A stretch of DNA of 40,000 nucleotides from Candidatus Flexicrinis proximus (GTDB taxonomy: Bacteria; Chloroflexota; Anaerolineae; Aggregatilineales; Phototrophicaceae): NCBI GenBank assembly GCA_016712885.1, contig JADJQF010000015.1, positions 1 through 40,000 on the forward strand, in the 5' to 3' direction. The stretch's first letter is position 1, and each line of letters begins with the position of its first letter. Positions 35,188-40,000 of the stretch are shown piece by piece. A program made the translations under genes and the position numbers. A model generated the notes under the pieces. It was not told the DNA's origin. It saw nothing but the letters and a program-made list of their open reading frames with translations, and did no database searches.

Positions 35188-36513
35188 TCAGCGCATCAAA
35201 CTCTTGACTAGTTCACCCAGACGCTTGGCCGCATAACGCAGCGTATCGGCGTTATAGCGTGCAAACGACAGGCGGATTGAATTCGTCGCGGCGGCGGGAA
35301 AAAACACCGAGGCCGGCGCGACGGCTATACCGCGCTCCAGCGACCGTTTGAACAGCAGGCCGCTGGGGACACTCTCCGGCAGGTTCAGCCAAACATAGTA
35401 GCCCCCGGCAGGACGGGCAAACGTCACTTCAGGCGGCATGTACTCGGTCAGCGCATCGCACAACGCGTCGCGGCGGACCCGGTACTCTGCGCGAACGCGC
35501 TGCAGATGTTCGTCATACTGACCGGTCGTCAGCAGCTCGGCCATCGCCCGCTGTGCCAGGCCATAAGCGCTGCCACAGGCGATATTCCGCAGGGTAATCA
35601 ACTGCTCGCGCAGGGCACCACGCGCCACGACCCAGCCGATCCGCAGCGCCGGCATCATCGACTTGCTGAACGTGCCGATGTGAATCACATCCGGGTCCAG
35701 CGCAACCAGTGGCACTGTTGCCGGCGCATCGTAGCTGAGGTCGGAATAGGTCGCGTCTTCAATGATTTGCAGGTCGAGCTCATTCATCGCCTTCACGAAC
35801 CGGTAGCGCTCGCTCATCGACCAATGCGAACCGGTCGGGTTCTGATTATCAGGGGAAGCCATCACAAAACGTGGACGCGCCCACACTTCATCCTGTCCGC
35901 CAACGGTGGTTTGCCGCAACGCACCAGCCAGGGTGTCCCAATCTGGGCCATCCTGTTCTATGCTGTAGCCAAGAACACGATAGCCCATGCGCTTCATACT
36001 CATGGTATAGAGAAAGAAGCCGGGGGCTTCCGTGAGCACGGTATCGCCAGCCGTCGCCAGAGCGCGGGCCGTCAGGTTCAGCGCCTCCTGCGCGCCGATA
36101 GTGACGATCACATCTGCCGGGTCAACCACGGCGCCGCGCTTCCCCATCTCGGCCGCGATTGCCCGCTTGAGCGGCTCATATCCGCTTGGATCCTCGTAGT
36201 TGAGGGCGGCAGCACGGTCACGGCGCAGCGCACGCGAACGGGCTGCTTCATACATCTCAATCGGCATCAGCTCATCCGCCGGCAAGCCCAGAGCCAGCGA
36301 AATCACGCCATCGGCGCGATTGACGCTCCAAAGCATCCTGACGACTTCTTCAGGCTCGTCATTAATAGGCATCATCGATTGCAAAGGCCGCTGAATCACG
36401 GCGAGGCCATCGGCGATGAAACTACCACTGCCCTGCATGGCGTCGATCACGCCGCGCGCCTTCAGTTCTTCGTATTCATTGTCTGACGAATTGGATTCTG
36501 GGGACAGTACCAA
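35188..36513 (-). CDS. PLP-dependent aminotransferase (class I/II fold)
   Basis: 441 aa. NQNPTG motif and PLP-lysine motif FSKSMMPALRIGW. The TTG start at 36513 lacks an SD, so the true start may be an internal ATG (e.g. 36438). Confidence 0.8.
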   Translation of the reverse strand: MVLSPESNSSDNEYEELKARGVIDAMQGSGSFIADGLAVIQRPLQSMMPINDEPEEVVRMLWSVNRADGVISLALGLPADELMPIEMYEAARSRALRRDRAAALNYEDPSGYEPLKRAIAAEMGKRGAVVDPADVIVTIGAQEALNLTARALATAGDTVLTEAPGFFLYTMSMKRMGYRVLGYSIEQDGPDWDTLAGALRQTTVGGQDEVWARPRFVMASPDNQNPTGSHWSMSERYRFVKAMNELDLQIIEDATYSDLSYDAPATVPLVALDPDVIHIGTFSKSMMPALRIGWVVARGALREQLITLRNIACGSAYGLAQRAMAELLTTGQYDEHLQRVRAEYRVRRDALCDALTEYMPPEVTFARPAGGYYVWLNLPESVPSGLLFKRSLERGIAVAPASVFFPAAATNSIRLSFARYNADTLRYAAKRLGELVKSLMR

Positions 36514-36628
36514 TTAAGAGGGAGTTGTCCGACCACTGTGGAGCAGGCGTAGCCCCGGTTGCGACTCTGCGACACTCGCAGCAATTGAGGCAATCGCATC
36601 ACTGTCCTGAGCAGGTTGCCCCGAACAT

Positions 36629-36636
36629 TGTATAAT
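36629..36636 (+). promoter_or_regulatory. candidate -10 element (TG-TATAAT) upstream of argS
   Basis: A perfect TATAAT at 36631-36636 is preceded by TG. It lies about 40 nt upstream of the proposed TTG start. No convincing -35. Confidence 0.35.
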
Positions 36637-36672
36637 CACGCCCATATCGAGTCCCATCATAAGGACGTTATC

Positions 36673-38388
36673 TTGGATTCCCTGCTCAAATCCCATGCCC
36701 TGCTGATCGAAAGCGCCGTATATGCGGCGCAGTCAGCCGGGGACTTACCCCAGTTCACGCTGCCCACTATCGAAATCAAGCCGCCCAGCCGCCCTGAAAT
36801 GGGGGACTATGCGTATGCCGGCGCGCTCGCCGTCTCCAAGGTGTTGGGCATGAAGCCCATCGACATCGCCACGGCCATCGCAAAACACCTGAAGAAGCCG
36901 GACTTCCTGAGCAGTATCGAAGTAGTCCCGCCGGGGTTTGTCAATTTCCGGCTCAACTCCGATTGGCTACGGACCCAGATTGACGGCATCATCGCAGCCG
37001 GCGACAGCTTTGGCAGCATCCAGATCGGTACGGGCAAGCGCGCGCAGGTGGAGTTTGTCAGCGCGAATCCGACCGGCCCACTGCACATCGGGCGCAGTCG
37101 CGGCGCGATTGTGGGAGATACCATCGCCCGAATACTGGAAGCGGCGGGCTACACTGTCGAGCGTGAGTACTACTTCAACAACGCCGGGACCCAAATGCTG
37201 TATTTAGGCACCAGTATGCGCCTGCGCTATCTGGAAGCGCTGGGCGAAGCGGTAGAAATGCCCGCTGCCCAGGATGAAACCTTCTATCAGGGGCAGTATC
37301 TCGTTGACTTTGCCCGGGATCTGGTGGCGGAAATCGGCGATGCATGGAAGAGCATGGACTGGAAACCCTTCAAAGAATATGTCGAAAAGCGCATGTTCAA
37401 CGTGATCAAGGCGACGCTGGAGCGAGTCAACATCCGCCACGACTACTTCTTCAACGAAAACTCGCTGTACGAAACTGAGGCGGTCTGGGAAACGCTCTCA
37501 GCGCTTGAGTCCATCGACGCGATCTACTCTTCGCCGTACCGCGATACCGCAGACGACGAGGAGAAGGCCAAAAAAGCGAACATGCCATCGGCCAAGTGGT
37601 TCCGCAGCACGCGTTTCGGCGATGTAGAAGATCGCGTCGTGCTTCGCAGCGATGGGTCGCCGACTTACACGCTGCCAGACATCGCCTACCACATGGAAAA
37701 GCTCTCGCGCGGCTTCGATCTGCTGGTCAACATCCTCGGCGCAGATCACGATACCGAACACAAGGTCGTTAAATATGGCGTCGGCGCACTCGGCGGCGAT
37801 ACCAGCAAGATTCACGTCATTATCCTGCAGTTCGTGCGGCTCATCAGGCAGGGCAAGGAAGTCAAAATGAGCACGCGGCGCGGCAATTACGAGACTCTGG
37901 ACGACCTGATCGACCAGACCAGCGCGGATGCCGTGCGCTATATGCTGCTGGCACGCAACGCGAATTCCCGGCTCGACTTCGACCTCGATCTGGCGGTGGC
38001 GCAGTCGTCCGACAACCCGGTCTACTATATTCAGTACGCCTACGTGCGCACGCTAGGCATCCTGCGCGAGGCTGAATTGCGCGGGGTCAGCGATGACGGC
38101 GCCGACCTGAGCATCCTGGGGGCTGAAGAGCTAGGGTTCATCAAGCGCTGCCTGACACTTGGCGACGAGATCTTGCTCAGCGTCGCGGCGCTGGAACCCC
38201 ACCGAATCGCGTTTTATGCGCATGAGCTGGCCTCGGCGTTCCATCCGATGTATGACCGCGTGCGCGTGTTTGGCGAAGGCGTCGAGCCGGAGGTGTCCCG
38301 TGCGCGGTTGCGCTTCTACCGGGCCACGCAGACCGTGTTTAAGCGCGTACTCGGACTGATGGGCATGAGTACACCGGAACGCATGTAG
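36673..38388 (+). CDS. argS: arginine--tRNA ligase
   Basis: Class I signature ANPTGPLHIGRSRGA and KMSK-like VKMSTRRG. Start placed at TTG 36673, 7 nt after AAGGA, because the longest ORF (36616) would include the TATAAT box. Confidence 0.9.
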   Translation: MDSLLKSHALLIESAVYAAQSAGDLPQFTLPTIEIKPPSRPEMGDYAYAGALAVSKVLGMKPIDIATAIAKHLKKPDFLSSIEVVPPGFVNFRLNSDWLRTQIDGIIAAGDSFGSIQIGTGKRAQVEFVSANPTGPLHIGRSRGAIVGDTIARILEAAGYTVEREYYFNNAGTQMLYLGTSMRLRYLEALGEAVEMPAAQDETFYQGQYLVDFARDLVAEIGDAWKSMDWKPFKEYVEKRMFNVIKATLERVNIRHDYFFNENSLYETEAVWETLSALESIDAIYSSPYRDTADDEEKAKKANMPSAKWFRSTRFGDVEDRVVLRSDGSPTYTLPDIAYHMEKLSRGFDLLVNILGADHDTEHKVVKYGVGALGGDTSKIHVIILQFVRLIRQGKEVKMSTRRGNYETLDDLIDQTSADAVRYMLLARNANSRLDFDLDLAVAQSSDNPVYYIQYAYVRTLGILREAELRGVSDDGADLSILGAEELGFIKRCLTLGDEILLSVAALEPHRIAFYAHELASAFHPMYDRVRVFGEGVEPEVSRARLRFYRATQTVFKRVLGLMGMSTPERM

Positions 38389-40000
38389 ATGACCCATCCC
38401 GCCGACACCCGCCGGTCTGCCACCCCCGAGCAGCATGACGCGATCACCACTCTGGATAGGAACGTGGTGGTTGTCGCGGGGGCCGGCACCGGAAAGACTT
38501 TTGTGCTGGTCCGGCGGTTTGTGGAGCAGTTCGAAAAGCACCGGGACTGGCCGATCGGCGCTGTTGTTGCGATCACGTTCACCAACCGGGCAGCCGGCGA
38601 GATGCGCGCCCGGGTACGCGCCGAACTCGAATCCCGCCGCCGCGAGTCCAGAACGGATGCCGACCGGCGGCATTGGGCGGCGCTGCTCACGCAGATCGAA
38701 GCGGCGCGAATTACGACCATCCACGGCCTGTGCAGCGAGATCATCCGAGCCAATTCCGCTGCCGCCGCCATTGATCCGGGGTTCGAAGTCCTCGACGAAA
38801 CGCAGTCGGGCCTGCTGCGGGAACGTGCAGTATCGCTTGCGCTGGCCGAAGCATCCGGCAGCGGCGAGATGCTCATCGAAGAAGAGCTCGAACTGGCCAG
38901 CCGCGTTATCGTGCGCTACGGCGAAAACGAGATCCGCGACGTGCTCACGACCGCGCAGCTTCTGTCTGCCGACCTCAAAGAACCCCGAGGGATGGATGCA
39001 CTGTACCAGGAGTGGAATGCGCATACAAAACATCTGCTCAATTCGGTCGAATGGGCGCCGCTCACTTATGAACCCCCCGTCGTTGAAGACAAGACTGCCG
39101 CCCTCTACCGTGGGATGAGCAGCACCCTAGCGGTACTGACTGGCTTAGGTAATTCGATCGACATCAGAGTCAGCGCTCTGAACGACTTAGTTGGCGTCAA
39201 GTTTGCTGGGGGTGCCATCAGCGTCAAACTCTGGCCGGAGGCCAAGGAAGCAAGAAAGGAACTCTTTGATCTGAGGAATCGAGCGGAGACGCTGGCCAAG
39301 AGACTGCTCGTCCCGCCCTCGGAGCAAGACGAAGTCGCAGCCGGACTCTTGCAGGGCTGGCATCTGCTGATCGGGCGGACACGCTATCACTACAGCGCGC
39401 TCAAGCAGCAGCGCTCAGCGCTGGATTACGACGACCTGGAGCGGCTTGCCGCGCATGTCCTTGCACTCCCGGACGTGAGAAGTCGATACGTCGGAACCGA
39501 ATTCCGGCACGTGATGGTCGACGAATTTCAGGACACTAACGACCGGCAGTGGGAGATTGTCAGGGCCATTGCGCCGCCCGATCGTCCAGGAGCGCTGTTT
39601 CTTGTCGGCGATCCCAAACAGTCGATTTACGGCTTTCGCGGGGCGGATGTCACCGTCTTTGAAACAGCGCGTCAGGACATCAAGGCGCACGGCGGTGTGG
39701 TTCAATATCTGACTCTTTCGTTCCGCACCCATAAGGCACTGATCGATAGCCTAAACCAGGTCTTCAGAAAAGTGCTGGTCAGTCCGGCCGACGCTCCTGA
39801 GCCCGAAGTGTATGTCCGGTTTGACCCGTCCCAGGAACTGAGGTCCGGGCGCCTGGTCGAGCCTGCGGCTCCGTATATCCAGGTATTCGGTGTGAATAAG
39901 AACGGGCGGGACAGCGAATTTGGTCGCGAGGTGAGTGTTATCGCTCGCCGCATCAAAGAGCTGGTCGGATCGCGTGCGCCGCTAGTCTGGCAGCAGGGAG
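38389..40000 (+). CDS. UvrD/REP superfamily 1 helicase, AddA/RecB-like (N-terminal part; continues beyond window)
   Basis: Not in the supplied ORF track because no stop occurs within the window. My translation from ATG 38389 stays open to 40000. It reads MTHPADTRRSATPEQHDAITTLDRNVVVVAGAGTGKTF (motif I), ITFTNRAAGEM (Ia), HVMVDEFQDTN (II) and LVGDPKQSIYGFRGA (III). Confidence 0.85.
   Translation, partial: MTHPADTRRSATPEQHDAITTLDRNVVVVAGAGTGKTFVLVRRFVEQFEKHRDWPIGAVVAITFTNRAAGEMRARVRAELESRRRESRTDADRRHWAALLTQIEAARITTIHGLCSEIIRANSAAAAIDPGFEVLDETQSGLLRERAVSLALAEASGSGEMLIEEELELASRVIVRYGENEIRDVLTTAQLLSADLKEPRGMDALYQEWNAHTKHLLNSVEWAPLTYEPPVVEDKTAALYRGMSSTLAVLTGLGNSIDIRVSALNDLVGVKFAGGAISVKLWPEAKEARKELFDLRNRAETLAKRLLVPPSEQDEVAAGLLQGWHLLIGRTRYHYSALKQQRSALDYDDLERLAAHVLALPDVRSRYVGTEFRHVMVDEFQDTNDRQWEIVRAIAPPDRPGALFLVGDPKQSIYGFRGADVTVFETARQDIKAHGGVVQYLTLSFRTHKALIDSLNQVFRKVLVSPADAPEPEVYVRFDPSQELRSGRLVEPAAPYIQVFGVNKNGRDSEFGREVSVIARRIKELVGSRAPLVWQQG

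Noticed and set aside
36616-36672. Longest-ORF start of argS (MPRTLYNHAHIESHHKDVI..)
   Set aside because: The extension would contain the perfect TATAAT box and has no SD. TTG 36673 has AAGGA 7 nt upstream and gives a typical ArgS N-terminus.
38131-39118. Track ORFs 38131..39033(-), 38316..38876(-) and 38435..39118(+)
   Set aside because: These are off-frame or antisense shadows of argS and of the helicase gene starting at 38389. They have low-complexity Arg/Ser/Pro composition.
1-40000. Search for mobile elements, defence islands, prophage, CRISPR-Cas, reverse transcriptases, toxin-antitoxin pairs, rRNA and tRNA
   Set aside because: No integrase, transposase, Cas, RT or nuclease-NTPase defence signatures were found in any credible ORF. 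There is no compositional island, only short AT-rich promoter patches. This was a by-eye inspection only, so small RNAs cannot be excluded.

Overview
Visibly GC-rich, densely coded bacterial chromosomal segment with about 38 protein genes. By eye I found no rRNA, tRNA, CRISPR array, transposase, integrase or phage gene. Housekeeping genes: tgt, argS, etfBA, a thrC-like gene, arginase, Nudix hydrolase, and a UvrD/AddA-like helicase that runs off the 3' edge and is missing from the ORF track. Envelope and secreted functions: two paralogous GT-C (GT39/ArnT-like) glycosyltransferases, LysM, VanW, a trypsin-like protease, a PAE-like esterase and PepSY-like proteins. Transporters: an MsbA-like ABC exporter, an ABC-2 ATPase plus two permeases, and a TetR plus small-multidrug-export cassette. 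Gene content loosely suggests Chloroflexota, but this cannot be established here. I did not recognise a clear multi-gene novel system such as a defence island. The least explained signals are non-coding. (1) A family of about 100-150 nt structured intergenic elements occurs in three copies, all in + orientation (15756-15905, 18506-18634, 21437-21539). They share a two-hairpin core, and the substitutions preserve pairing. (2) An atypical 448-bp gene-free gap lies between convergent genes (18187-18634). It begins with three abutting AT-rich 12-mers matching the LexA-type GAAC-N4-GTTC box, continues with an unexplained GC-rich stretch, and ends in element copy B. Secondary observations: a GNAT/P-loop kinase fusion behind the ABC exporter; a DtxR-like regulator with a degenerate metal site that is translationally coupled to a GT-C enzyme; an arginase plus two TerB-like genes operon; and a protease with a tandemly duplicated C-terminal module. 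All family calls rest on motifs read by eye; no database search was possible.
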